From Octopus vulgaris (Eukaryota), in NCBI GenBank assembly GCA_951406725.2, contig OX597814.1, positions 39,556,001-39,620,000 on the forward strand: DNA of 64,000 nt, read 5' to 3'. This document shows, in pieces, positions 40,077 through 55,120 of this stretch. Made by a program: the position numbers and the translations under genes. The notes beneath the pieces are model-generated. The model did no database searches and had not been told where the DNA came from. It saw only the letters and a program-made list of their open reading frames with translations. Each line of letters starts with the position of its first letter. Within the stretch, counting starts at the first letter, position 1.

Positions 40077-40700
40077 TATAGATAGATAGATAGATAGATG
40101 GATATATAGATTCAGATAGATAGATAGATAAACAGACAAACAGATGAAAAGAGTAAAATATGTTTCGAAGCATTTGCACCCGAAGACTTAACCAATACGA
40201 ACGTAGGTGTATTTGTCGACAGTTCTGACGCTGAGTATGTCTAATGCACATTAAAAGCAATACTTTGTATTTTCGTTAATTTTCATTTGTCAACGTGAAT
40301 TTTAATTTTTGTGACAAATATTTACATTTACAATTATTTACTTCTCTTCGTTAACGCATATAAGTGTATATATGTCTGTACATATACATGCATACATATG
40401 TGTGCATTTTTATCTATATTTGTAGTTATCATAGTTTAAATATTGCTTTACCTAGCAGCAGAAATATGTGCCATTCCAAGTTTACGAAAGAGAATTTATA
40501 TAAGTAATTGCGGTAGTTTAGTACGAATTTAAATCGAGATAACATCTATAGCTGAAGAATTATAATTCATATGGTGTTGACTTTCCCATTTAGCAATATT
40601 TTACTTGCATCTTTAGTAATCACAGAAGATGGTACATAAGACCTATTACGAGGCGTCCAAGACTTTTGGGAGAAAGGTATCAGCAAACTCGATACCTTAC

Positions 40701-40798
40701 CCGAATGTTTGAAACAGAGTAGTCTCCTCTAAAAGCGCCTAGGTTACCGGGTGTTGGTGTTAAACTGGGGGACGTACACGGTCTGCTATCAAAGTCGG
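40701..40798 (-). CDS. Candidate isolated host-gene exon (98 nt), product unknown
   Basis: Non-repetitive, higher-GC island. Acceptor tttcatttccttgatAG, donor CGG|GTAAGG, open frame DFDSRPCTSPSLTPTPGNLGAFRGDYSVSNIR; no homology recognised. Confidence 0.3.
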
Positions 40799-41315
40799 CT
40801 ATCAAGGAAATGAAACTCGCAGTACAAAAAATCGAAAGAAATTCCGCAAGGCGTTCTGGTCCCCTTTTTCACATTTTCTTTTCAGTCAACGACTCGAACT
40901 GGCACATTTTTATGGACTCCAGAAAGGTAAAGTTGAACGCGGCCGGATTTGAACTCAAAACGCTAAAAGTCAAAGCAAAGGCCGTACAGCATTTTGTTCA
41001 ATTCTTTAATAACGCCGCAGATGCAATGCAAACGGATGCACATAAACGTTGAATAATTCACGTAACTGACTCATTAATGAGATATATGTATATCATTGGA
41101 CAGTCGCAAGTGACAAATGGATTGACGTAAATATCTGTGCACACTAAGTATCCATAATTAAATGATAATTGCTCGCAAGAGCGAAAAACGAGAAATTCTT
41201 CAACTGCAGGTTCTGAGTCGGATGGGATATTTTAGAGTTGTTTCCTTCGAAGCTTGGTATCATTGCCCATCAGTCACAAGTCTAGGTATTTCTACACAAC
41301 ACACACACACATACA

Positions 41316-41360
<45 letters not shown>

Positions 41361-41840
41361 ACACACACAAACATACATATATATACAAACATACATATAT
41401 ATACAAACATACATATATACAAACATACATATATAAAAGAAGTTGCGGAATAATCACGCGTCTTCTAGCTCACTTAACTTCTGAAAATCAGAAAAATCTG
41501 TGAATCCGGTTAAGCCTTTAACAATAAATCTTTTAAAAACACCTAGTTCATTTCACCTTCCTTTTTCTGTATTTCTACCAATATGGAATACAATAACTTT
41601 CTTTCCCATCTATCTATATATCTCAGGCTCTCTCTCTCTTTCTTTCTCTCTCTCTCTATCTATCTATCTATCTGTCTATCTCTATATATATATATCGTCC
41701 GAAACAATGAACGCATGAATATGATCCACTCGATGTTCATGGACACGACAGACTGTACTGTAATCATCCCAGGAAGGAATATGTGAATTGTGGAAACCCG
41801 CGTAGCGATGCATTGAAACATTTATAAATTCCAGCGATGG

Positions 41841-41911
<71 letters not shown>
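41841..41911. repeat. (ATT)n microsatellite
   Basis: Direct inspection. Confidence 0.98.
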
Positions 41912-41912
<1 letters not shown>

Positions 41913-42074
41913 TTATTTCTCCTTCATTATTTCGGCACAGCTCGAGACAATCCCAAAATGTTGTAGCCTGCACAATAAAGTAGGAGCTTCTATATGCATA
42001 TTCAAAATGTTTCCCGTAAATGAACATAGAGGATACACACACACACACACAAACACACTCACACACACACACAG

Positions 42075-42138
<64 letters not shown>

Positions 42139-43379
42139 ATATATTCATATATATTTATTTATTTATATGTATATATATGTATGTTTGTGTGCACGTGTGT
42201 GCGTATCTATGTATATATATATATATATATTATGCATGTATATAATAGTACTTCATTTCAGTCCTTACTGTGTGCGCGCCACACACACACAAATACACAC
42301 ATATAGACATCAACACACATACACACACATACGCGCGCACAGAACACACTCATATTTTATACTGAGTGAAGTTTAAAAGACAATACTCTGCAATAAGATT
42401 CCCTCGAACACCCCAACACAGATTAAAGCTGATGTACAAATACATCTCGAGTACTTAAGGATTTCTTGGGTATCGTTTTGTAAGTGAAAACTGCCAGAAT
42501 ATTATAAGGTTTTAGAGTATTTCACCTCATGATCTTAAGTTTTTTTTAATGTTACCGGAATTCGTAGCACTTCTACGTCACAACATATATAAGTTGGCAG
42601 CCAAGGTGCTAGCAAGTCAGAATAATATTACTTGCAATAGAATGAGAATATTTCCCATTCCCCTGGAACTAGAAAAAAGATAAGAACTGTTTCCATTAGC
42701 ATTCGATAAATTCACCGAGTATGATGTTTGATGTTTGTATCGCGAAGGGCAATAATAAACTAGCTTATTTTCCGGCATGCAATTGAACATATTGTAGAGT
42801 GTTAACATTTGGTGTATACATTCAAGCGTCTGCACAGGGAATTCTTGGCCCTGTAAAGTCGTTTGAGTCTATCTGTCTACCTACATTTTTGGTTGTATAT
42901 TTTCATCTGAAAAATTCAACTTGTTTACTAGAAAATACGGTAATCCTGAAAAGGTATTATTCAGCACTGGATGTGCAATTGGTACTGTTAAAATAAGAAA
43001 ACACCTATAATGTATGCTAGCTCATAATTAACAAAATTTCATCATCTGATAGTCAATAAAATAACACTGAGACACTCCTTGTAAATTGTACTCTGTTATA
43101 TTTAATCAGTTTCTGCTGGAGTTTTTAAGTACTATATTAATAGTGCACGTTCAATAGCCAGTAAGTATTCATATAATCAATTATTATTCATGTTAATTAC
43201 AGTGCATTGTTAATGTTAACTTATCATTTGTTGTGAGACACAAATGAGAGAAAAGTGCATTAAGTGCGGCATTTAAGTGCACACTTGTGAATTTTTGTGC
43301 TGAAATTACCCAGGAGCCGCTTTTGAATTTCACCGCTTTTGCTTTAATGAAATATGTACTAGCCACATACACGGACTAC

Positions 43380-44055
43380 TTCATTCGAAAGTACCTTATA
43401 AATAATATGATTTTAAAGACATCGATTGAAGTACAGGAATGGTTGAATGTTTAAATAAAAGTATTCTCTTCGTCAATATAATATGCACCAATTAAACTCA
43501 TCAATCTTGGTGGACACAATATTGAATTTGTCGATTCTTTTACAAATCTAGGCAGTAACATTTGCAGAGGTGGAGAAGCAGAAATTGAAGTCAATTTTAG
43601 ACTTGGCAAATGATGGCTGTTTTCCAACAGTTGAGATGAATATGGTCATGATATTTCATTCACCATATTTCATTCGTCTATACAAACTAATATTTCTACA
43701 GTATTGTACGCAAGTGAAATATGAAGACAGACATACAGACAGGTTTTGCAATATGGTGAATGATTTTCATAGCCAGTGCCTTACAAATATCCTGAAGATC
43801 ATTTAGCGTATCCACATCAGAAACAATGAAATCATGAGAAGGGCTAGAGCAAGTAAACTGTAAGGCACTGCCACAGCTAGACGAAGGAAGCTGCTTGATC
43901 ATGTACTGCGTTTACTGAAAGAGAAGCTTTCCCGCAAAGTCATTCCAAAGGTTTTTGCGGAAAAACTTGAAGATGGGTATCATCTTGGAAGAAGAGAGCA
44001 GTTTGGTTCAGAACGGCACCACTTTGAAAACACTCATCGCCCGATTCTCTCTGAG
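43380..44055 (+). mobile_element. Decayed LINE RT C-terminal region
   Basis: INLGGHNIEFVDSFTNLGSNI and DFHSQCLTNILKI motifs, with many stops. Confidence 0.55.
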
Positions 44056-44879
44056 AGGATGGAGAAAATTTACATATCTATAAGTAGTAGTAGTAGTAGC
44101 AGCAGCAGAAATAAGGACAGCAGTGGTGATAACAGTAGCAGTAGAAGTTTAGCAAAAAAGCAACAACAGCATTATGGTGGTGATGATAGCATAGGTGGTG
44201 GTGGTGATGGTATGATTAGTAGGAAAAATATGTACATTTATTAAGAGAAAATGCCTACCGAAATGAACTGTGTATAAGGACGAGCGCATGCTAAAGCCTG
44301 GGAGTTGTTGGACGATCGAAAATAAATAAAGTTTCTAACAGTAGAGGGAGACAACTCCGAATTATAATTAATGAAAATAATCAAATATAGAATGCAATGG
44401 GAATTAATGTAAACGTTTGAAAATCAAGTATTTAATGTATAATATGCGATGATTTGTGCAGAATATAATAGAATAGATAAAGTAATTTTCTGTTTTACTA
44501 CTCTCATTAAACTGGAGGTTAGTTTGCTGATGCGTTCAGATTTCTTAATTATTCACACAACACTAAATCTATCTCATTTGCTTTCTGATTGAAAAAAAAA
44601 AAAAAAAAGCTGAATAAATCAATTAAGACGTTTTCTTTTTCTTTCTCAAGCGTCTTTGTTGTTTCGGATCGAGCAATTAAATATTTACGAATATCTACAC
44701 GAGCAATTAAACGGAGCTAAATTTATGTTTGGATTTAGAAATATTCAACTACGGAAAACACACCGGGATATTGGAAATATTCTTTAAATTTTCATTTACA
44801 ATTTTTAAATATTTTGCTCTCTTTAATTTGTCTTGGTGAAACTAAGAACAAATATCACTCCAGATAATACGCTTTTGGA

Positions 44880-45110
44880 AAATGTCTTTCGAAGAACATA
44901 AATATTGAGTTGGAAAACTCTTTTGGATGGTAATAGTCGAAGGTCTTCCCAGTGCACTCTGCATGTTAGTTAAACATCGCTAGGGTAAGTGGAAAAGTTT
45001 ATGTATCTCGGGGATGTATTTACAAGTGATGAAAGTCAAAACGTTGAATTGGATGGTACAAATGCCATCGCTGGTACAGCATTGAGTCTGCTCCAGTAGT
45101 CTATTTTCAG
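44880..45110 (+). mobile_element. Decayed LINE RT fragment
   Basis: VEKFMYLGDVFTSDESQNVELD (F.YLG motif). Confidence 0.5.
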
Positions 45111-45437
45111 AGGTATATATATATATATATATTCATATATATATTCATATATATATAAAACTTACTTGGAAAATAGTGCATGGCGTTCGATCATATAATA
45201 ATATAAATAATATATTCATATATGCATATATACATACATATATGTACATACCTAAATACCTTCGAAATGGGGAGTAGATGAACAGGGACAACTGAAGAAG
45301 GGGAATATTCCTTGTCTTGTATGTCTTTTACTCTGTTTTTATTTCGTTGATTCCAAAAAGTTCGTTTCTATGTTTTTGTTTTTATGTTTTCGTTTTCCAT
45401 TGTGTTCCATGAATTTTTTATGTCCTGTACCTATACA

Positions 45438-45860
<423 letters not shown>

Positions 45861-45862
<2 letters not shown>

Positions 45863-46030
45863 TTCAAATTTATACAAGAACAAAAGACGAAGACAGGTGT
45901 ATGAACAACAAGCAGGTGTATATGTCTGACGCTCGGGAAAATAAAAAAAGTATTTTACATTTCGAGCCTACGCTTTTCAACAGAAATGAATAAGAGGAAA
46001 TAAAAAGAGGGAGAATGAAAAAACCTTGTA
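45861..46030 (-). mobile_element. Second copy of the Penelope-like terminal-repeat fragment
   Basis: Reverse complement reads tttctgttgaaaagcgtaggctcgaaatgtaaaatac...cccgagcgtca...acacctgtcttcgtcttttgtt, matching 59580-59690. Confidence 0.5.
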
Positions 46031-46268
46031 GTTTTAGCGGTCAAAAGGATTCGAAGAGATGTTTAAAAGAAAGGGAGATAATAAAGTGCTGGTCCTCCCA
46101 AATGAAATTGCGCGCGTGTGTGTATGTCAGGATGGTGTGTGTGTGAATGTGTAAGTATGTGCGCGTGTGAATATGAGCTAGTGTCTGACGTGTGTGTGTA
46201 TGTGCGGGTGTAAATGTGAGCGTCTGTAATGTGCGAGTGTGTATATATATATGTGTGCGTGTGTGTGT

Positions 46269-46330
<62 letters not shown>

Positions 46331-46342
46331 GTATATATATAC

Positions 46343-46417
<75 letters not shown>

Positions 46418-47076
46418 TACACATACACATATTCCTTTTTAGCTTTCTATCAACAAGTGTCTTGTAATCGTCTCTGTCATTTTCTCAACGCCTTTTTTTC
46501 ATTATACACAGTCTTTGATTGTCGCTTTCCCTTCATAGTGCAATGTTTTCGGTTCCAGGCTTTGTATTTGAAAAATTACTTCTATTATTTAATTGTTTCC
46601 TCCTTACCTCATAAATATCTCCATTTTATTTGTGTGGTTTTCTACTTATATATCTTTATCTAAATCTGAAAATACATTTTCTCCAAACTACCCCCAATCA
46701 AGTAAAGTGCAATGAGCGAAAATGAAAATTTTTAGATTGATTTTAGAGTTCGAATTTGATAATATGAAATAATGGCATGAGTAATGATTTCAAACTAAAC
46801 ATAGTTATTCAATCAAAAGAAAATTAAAATAATTCACTATTGTATATATGCAATAGATATATGTTACCTATAGCAATACTATTGTTTGAGTATTAATTAA
46901 TTACAGATGTACCGTATTGATTAATTCCACATAAGAAATTGTGATCAAGCAACTATCAATGAATATTACCATCATATGTGTGTGAGTATAGGTATATATG
47001 TATATAGGCATGCGTAAATATGTATGCATCTATATATCTATCTATATATCTATATATCTATCTAGCTGTCTCTTCG

Positions 47077-47163
<87 letters not shown>

Positions 47164-49559
47164 ATCTATCTATCTATCTATCTATTAGCATAATGAGAAT
47201 CAATGTAAATCTAGTTAACACTAGGGACGAAAGATCTTATTCATGTAAACGCATGACCAAATTCCTTTTTATCAAACTTCCATATTTCTTCACTCCCCGC
47301 TTGCTTAGATTTGTTTTTGGTGTTTTTAAAAAATATTTCTATATATTATCTTTCTCGATGGAATACGATTACCCATCACATCCAACTTTACATCACTGTA
47401 TCTTACACTATCTTGATATATTTTTTATTTATCTAACTTTTCCTTTTAACAATTGCATGACCCACCATATATTGGCCTAATCCATTTTCTACCTCTCCCT
47501 GCACTTCCTTCTCTCTTAATAGATCTGGGTTTTTTTAATAACATGTTTCCTTAGTATATGATATACTTATATATATATATTCTGCGTATTTTGTTTCATT
47601 TCATTTGCATAATGTGTCCTTTTAAAACCCCTCAACATACTCATTCTAACTAATACTGTTTTACGTAACTTATCACTCCACTTGATAAATATATTTTACT
47701 GCTGATATATGCAAACATATATAGTACTTCTTGGTGTCCTACATGCATACAACTGTGTGTGCGTATCTAGATATGGATCTTATATGTCATCTGTGTGTGC
47801 ACGTCTATTATTATTGTGTGTTTATTCCCTATACGTTGCCACTAAAGTGTATGTTTTAATATGCACGCTTGCATATATACGTATGTTTCGCACGCACACG
47901 CATGCTATATACTATTTCTATGTGTCTGCACTTATATCTATATGCGTACATTATGCCAAGCTAGTTCCTTACCTAGTATTTTTACTTTAACATAGTTTTA
48001 TATATACATTTTTCGCATTTTCTCTTTTTTTATTTTTGTCGTTCTCAGCACAAGTATCTCCCCTACATTGTTATTTATCCGTACTCCTACATCCAATAAT
48101 AAATCCCTAACCGCTCTTTCTTCATGTTCATAGCCGCAAGTATTTACTATCTAATTGTACTATTAACAATTATTTGTCTGTTTTTACGCATTTTCTACAT
48201 TATAGTTAATGCAAATAACGAATATTAGTTCTTAAGCAAACACTAGTCCATTTTACTCCTATTCTCTCTTTAATCCATTTTTGCCTCTATAAAACTTGTT
48301 TACATTAACAATACAGGAGCTCTTTATACACTATCTCCCCTTGTTTAACTTCATTCCCATATATTAACATTTTCAGATATACACCACACTAAGTATTGTT
48401 TCTAACTGTCAGGTCATATCTTAATTCAAATATAACCATGCTTTTCTCTACACGACTTATGTGGAATTAGAATCTTTTCCCAACACGATTTATTTGGAAT
48501 TAGAAATTCCAATCTCTTTACTCATCTATAGAGAGAACGTCTTTAGAACCTCTCTCACTTATATTTTCAAATATCCGTTATAGCCTTTAGTTTTAATTAA
48601 TACCTAACTGGACTCACACATAGCTTTCTTTCTCGTAAGGATAAAGATGAATCTCCTAGATTCTATTCTGCTCTTTCCTTTCTCAAGTACTTTATAAAAA
48701 TTTTGTTTATACTTCTTGCACTGAAGAGTACAGTGATATATATAATTAATTAAATCTAATTTAATCTAATTAATTTAATTAATTAATTCTATTCAACTAT
48801 GTATTTGCACGACTTTTATATCGCTGTACAAAACGATTGTCTGCATGAATTAAAATTCTCTTATATACTCTCTTCTCCATTTTTATTGAAATTGTTGATT
48901 TTTTTGTTTAATGGGTATATACTCACGATATATAATTAAAGGGACAAAAATATATAAATGCACATATACCGGAAGAAATATACTTCTGTACATATAAATA
49001 CATAATACATAATATATTATTTATAGCTATGCAATTACATCATTAAAGATTTTTAAAATCCGAAATATTTATGTATACGAGTAAATATAAACAAACATAT
49101 TTATGAATACAGAATATAAAACTTGATTCGGGAATTCGGATTTTGAATAACTACGTTTCATGCCGGATATATAGTTCAGATGTAAAACAGGAAATCCTAT
49201 GTAACCTCTATTATTATTGGAGTATATAACGAGAACTATGAATCTCGCCCAGTGTTTTCGGCGCAGAAATCAGTGCTTTTTGGTTGGATTCGAAAATTTT
49301 CATACAACGAGTGATCAGCTTACATTTTAAATTTACAATTTTCTCTCCGTTTTACTGATTGCGAAATAACATTCTACCTCTCTGCTGTATACATGCTACA
49401 GATGTTTTAATCATATATTCGGTGTTATGTTGGTCTTTTAGTGATCTTATCTATGTGGAGATGCTCTTTTGATAGTATTTCTGAAGAAATGGCTACGTTA
49501 TTTGAATTGAGAGCCGAGATACCTATGAGCTATACATCTGTGCATAAGGTAGGAAACGC

Positions 49560-51010
49560 AAGATGTGGGTATGCATCTGGAAAACGTATGGGGAGAACAC
49601 CAAAACTCAAATTGTTATTGTCCTAACAGTAAAACAGTATCGCAATTCAGTTAAAACCTACCAGGCATATTAATGAGAATATTGCACTAGTGACTATGAT
49701 CTAATTCAACTAATTAATTGTAAAATTGAGAAAATCCAAAAGATTCTTTAGATCACCAAAGCTGCACTTATGATTTTTCTTAAAAATCAGAATATCAGAG
49801 AGAATATAATCAATAGAGGTTAAAAAAATATATGCACTGCTGGAAGATCGAGCAGATGTAGAAACCTATGTAGGAAATCCTCGGGGGAGTAAAAAATGCT
49901 TCAGTAAAGTATACAATGCCACGAGTAGAGCCAGTGACATATAAGTGATGGATGACAGATGAGATTAAATCTCTCATGAGAAAGAGAAGAATAACCAAAA
50001 CTAATGAGAAAAAATGAGGGAGAGGATAAAAACGAGATGCAATCAGGCAAAAGAACAGTGGTTGTAAAAAGAATGTAATAACATGAGAATCTGTTCCACA
50101 GGATTTCAAATGCCATGCAGGAAAATTAAACAACTAAAAGGGAAAGAAATATATTGATGAAAAGGTTGTACGAAATCAAAGAAAGGAGACCTAATAATGG
50201 AAAAAGGGAAGAAAACTTTTCAAAAGATGGACTGAATACATCAGACAGCTTTACTATAGCACAAATGACGAACACTTGCAGATACGAAGTATCGTTGAAG
50301 GTCATAACTATCTTAAAAATAGAGGACAGGTATGCGTTGACAAATATGTAACATCTTGATGAAATGATATTCGTACAAGTAGGATTGTAATACTCGAAGA
50401 ATGTGAAACTGAGAAAATAGCAAGCGTGGTTAGAAACACTTTTAAAACAGGAAAGATTCCAGATGAAATATTCCAATGAATCTGTGTATCACTCCCCAAA
50501 ACATGGAGCAACAGGTATGAACTACACAAAGCCATCTGCCTTGTGAGACATGTGGCAAAAATATTGCTGCGAGCCTTGATACTTACATCGAGGTAAATAA
50601 GATATGCATGTGATATTAAAAGGAGAAAATTGATTGTGGATACAAAGGAGCAGCTGAAGCTTTGTTCATTCTGAGAAGCAATACGAAGACATCATTTATA
50701 GTACAGGAAAACCTGTATTTATGTTTCATTGATTGTACAAAATGCCCTTGATATTGTAAATCATAAAGACATTTTTAAATTATAAAAAATAGACATTTAT
50801 ATAGAAAGGTCTTGAGAATAGACTGGAAATTAGAACTGGAACAAAAGAGGAAAGTGCTAAAAAAAATCAAGTGGAGAGAACGACTGGAGTGTGTATTATC
50901 ATTGGACCTGTTTTCACCACGAACTGAAATAATTGGGCGATGTATAGAATAGCTTACATGAATAAGGCTACGAGGCCAAAACATTAACAATATAGATTAT
51001 ATAGACGATA
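49560..51010 (+). mobile_element. Highly decayed RTE/BovB-like LINE RT region
   Basis: Fragments KTGKIPDE, HKAICLVRHVAKILLR, ALFILR, QENLYLCFIDCTK, and INNIDYIDD-like at ~50985-51008. Confidence 0.65.
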
Positions 51011-51279
51011 CACACGCGCGCACATACACGCCCATCACCACAGACTAGCATACTTCAATGATGTTAGATAAATAAGCAAAAGTGATGGAATTATCATTTC
51101 ACTCGTTGCTTTTATAGATAGATATAATATATTTTAATTTTGCTAAGGAGATGATATTTACCATTTCCTTGATTTCTCTGATTCGTTTTATGGCAGGCTC
51201 ACAACAGAAATGGAAAACTTCATTGAAAAATTAATTTACCTGAATTGACTCATCTAACTGCATATCTATCGATCCATCC

Positions 51280-51347
<68 letters not shown>

Positions 51348-51348
51348 C

Positions 51349-51393
<45 letters not shown>

Positions 51394-51558
51394 CATCCAT
51401 CCAACCATTAATCCATCCATCAATCCATCCATCCCCTTTATTCAAATCGCTATTTTAATATTATGGTATTCAAATCTAGTGATATACATAATGGGCTCGG
51501 ACTACTCATATTATGCTGAAAAATAATGCTTAGTAGGAAATATAAATTTATTGAAATA

Positions 51559-51648
<90 letters not shown>

Positions 51649-51805
51649 TGTATATTTCAATGACTTGTTATACGCCCAAATACGGATTTATATTTTCTAC
51701 TAATCATTATTTTTCATTATTTTTCATTACTAATTTGAACATGTGAATGTCTGCGTACATATCTGTAGTTACAGTTCAAGTGTTTGTGTGTGTGTACATA
51801 TATAC

Positions 51806-51872
<67 letters not shown>

Positions 51873-52220
51873 TACAAAGATATACACATACACACATACA
51901 CATGAACTTTAACTACAGATATTTACGTAGACATTCACATGTTCAAAATCGCTCGCACTTTTTAAGGAAAATGAGAGAGAAAAAATGTTATTTGGAGATA
52001 CAAAAAAAAAAAAATAAAACGAATTGAAAAAGAAAAAGAGATATTGCTAACAAGACATTATTTCAAACATCTTGAAAAATAATATTTCTTCATTTCTGCA
52101 ACGAAGGCAACCATCCTATCAATCTGCTCAGCTATCTTCTTTGAAGTGTTCATCAAAACCACAATTTTTTTTTACATATCGATCACACATAGATTGTAGA
52201 ATAATTTCGCTAACACACAC

Positions 52221-52263
<43 letters not shown>

Positions 52264-52448
52264 GGTAGGTAAACGTATGTATGTATGTAGGTAGGTATAT
52301 GTATGTATGTATGTTGGTATATGTAATTATGTATGTATGTATGTATGTATGTATGTATGTATGTATGTAGGTATATGTATGTATGTATGTAGGTATATAT
52401 ATGTATATTCATGTATTTATGTACAATTTTTAGATATGTGTTTGTAAG

Positions 52449-52501
<53 letters not shown>

Positions 52502-52571
52502 TACATACACATATACACAAACATACATACTTATGTGCATACGTATGCAACACGCACACACACAGACGCAC

Positions 52572-52677
<106 letters not shown>

Positions 52678-53259
52678 AAATACATCTTGAAATACTGAAT
52701 ATTCGTTGCATCAGCTGGCTATTGGAGACGACGACGCGAATGTGGCATCTCTTGTCAGTAACCCTCTTTATAACGCTACGAAGGACCAATGGTACTACGT
52801 GGCAAGGTCCTCGTAATTTTGGTATATGCTGCTGCCCATTTGCATTCACTGGTGATATTACAAAAGAGGGAGATTGAGAGAGAATAATTTTCGATATTTT
52901 GTTGCAAATTGCATCTTCATTGTTAAGCGACTTACTGGAATATTGTTTATCCAGAGACTAAAATTTCTTAAACAATTCTGGCTTGATATGGATGCGACCG
53001 TTTGATCATAGCCCTCCCGATTAGCATTGACTTATAGCTACACAACAGCAAGATATATCGACCTACCTTTTAGTAGCTTTTAATTTTCCATATATCGAAT
53101 GTTTATTTGGTGATTTCTTCATCTACGTTATTGATTTCTTCAGCACTTCCTTTCTTTTCTATTTTTTATTGTTGCTGTTAGAACTGCATGCAATTTTCTG
53201 TATTGATTTATTTATACTTTCTTTTAGCATAGCTTATATATGGAATTAAAGAGTGAGAG

Positions 53260-53462
53260 GGAGCCTCCGTGAGGTGGGTCGATCTGTTTGAAACAGCAAC
53301 CAAATATACCTAGAATCACTTTCCATTGTCTCTAAAAATAGTTCAAAAATGGAACGGACAGCGTAGTAATACGTCATGCAAAAAATGACAGGATCTTCAT
53401 GACTGGAATATATTCTAAGCACAGGTCTGCTTGATCAGTTCTGACATAGGGGTGAACAACCA
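53260..53462 (+). repeat. Old dispersed repeat (related copies near 4900-5090 and 23345-23540)
   Basis: Shared gaaa.agca.ccaaat...aatcac and ...ttgatcag...ggg.gaacaac motifs. Confidence 0.45.
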
Positions 53463-53689
53463 CAAAAAATTCAAAAACTGCAGCAGCAAAAACAACAAAC
53501 AAAACGAAAATAGCTGCAACAAAACCGCAACAACTTTTTCATATACATTCTAATTTGAATAGAATCTTACTCTCAAAAAAAAAAATCTCAAGATATCTCT
53601 TTGATTTTCCTTATATCTCACTTGAATGGGTGTACTTATATCCGTATATAAGACTCATTTAATATTACCCCTGATTGTGTATAAGTTAA

Positions 53690-53905
53690 CATTTTCAAAT
53701 TTTGGCTCATGGTGAGCAATTTCGGGGGAGGGGATAAGTCGATTGCATCGACCTCAGTACTCAACTGGTGCTTATTTTATCCAGCTCGAAATGATGAAAG
53801 GCAAAAATCGACCTCGGTGGAATGTGAACTCTGAACGTACAGACAGACGAAATGACGCTAAGTATTTTGCTCGACGTGCTAACAATTCTGCAAGCTCGCC
53901 GCCTT
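53690..53905 (-). mobile_element. SINE family B
   Basis: Homologous to 11830-11990; ends ...gctcgccgcc. Confidence 0.8.
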
Positions 53906-54039
53906 GATGACAATTGATGTTCATCTTAAGCTACTGCCTAAACTCCAACTTGAAGAGCAACTAAAAAAGTAGAAACTTTATACCCACCTAGTGAAAATTG
54001 GTTACAAGCAGTTTTTCAATCGATCAGATATGTATATAA

Positions 54040-54392
54040 TCGTGGCACTCCGTCGGTTACGACGACGAGGATTCCTGTTGATCCGATCAGCGGAGCAGCA
54101 TGCTCGTGAAATTAACATGCAGGTGGCTGAACACTCCAGAAACCACGTGTACAGCATGAGACGGACTGTGACAAGGCTGACTCTTTGGAAGTACAGGTAC
54201 AACAGGAAGAAAGTGTGACAGAAAGTTTTGGTGAAAGAGTACAGCAGGGTTCGCCACTACAACCTGCTGGAACCTCGTGGAGCTTTAGGTGTTTTCGCTG
54301 AATAAACACTCACAACGCCCGGTTTGAAAAACGAAACCGCGATACTACGACTGCGAGTCCGCTGCCCTAACCACTGGGTCATTGCGCCTCCA
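54040..54392 (-). mobile_element. tRNA-derived SINE family C, full length
   Basis: Minus strand starts ggaggcgcaatgacccagtggttagggcagcggactcgcag (tRNA-Arg-like head), followed by a non-tRNA body. Confidence 0.75.
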
Positions 54393-54934
54393 TATGTCTA
54401 TAACAGAATAACATTATAAAGAGGCAAACAACTGGCATTTAAACACTGAGAAAACATGAAGGTAGAACTGAATGTTAAAAGAGTTTGGATCACAAGAAAT
54501 TGATAAAAGATCAGCTAAGAATGTTCATTATGGTTATGGTATATGCTGGTCTTCTCCTGCAACAATAATACGGCATGTCTTGACATTAATTGTTTACCTC
54601 TTCATCCCTTTTTTTATTAAACATTTATCCGTTTATATATGCGCGTGAAATAAACTCATGTTTACAAGTTATCATTTTAAAATTAACAAGGCAGCACACT
54701 GAGAGCGTGGGATAGTCACCAGTTGTAAACTTTTAAATAATTTCTGAAACGGAAACATTTAGAGAGAATTTAACAAATGTTATCGACTTTGTAAATGTAT
54801 AACGTCGTTTTTTTTTTCTTGTTTTTTTTTCCTGTTTTGTAGGCTATTGTGTCGGAAAAGAGGAGAAAACACATTGCTTCAATCTCCCCTTGTAACCTCA
54901 TTCACATAGAGAATGCATTATCATAGGCATACTA

Positions 54935-55120
54935 AAAGGCGATAAGCAAACAATCATCGCACCGACTCTTTACATTCTGAGTTCAAGTACTGCCGATTTC
55001 AACTTTGTCTTTCATTTTTCTGGGTCGATAAAACAAAGAACACTTCAAGTACTGGAATCGATGTACTCGACGAACTCCTCTCTCAAACTTTAGGCCTTGT
55101 GCCTGTATAAGAAAGAATAT
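54935..55120 (+). mobile_element. SINE family B, old
   Basis: ctttacattctgagttcaagtactgccg...ctttgtctttcat...gggtcgataaa. Confidence 0.6.

Noticed and set aside
54320-54392. tRNA-like sequences here and at 59915-59990 and 26333-26400
   Set aside because: They are SINE heads continuing into repeat bodies, with no complete cloverleaf.
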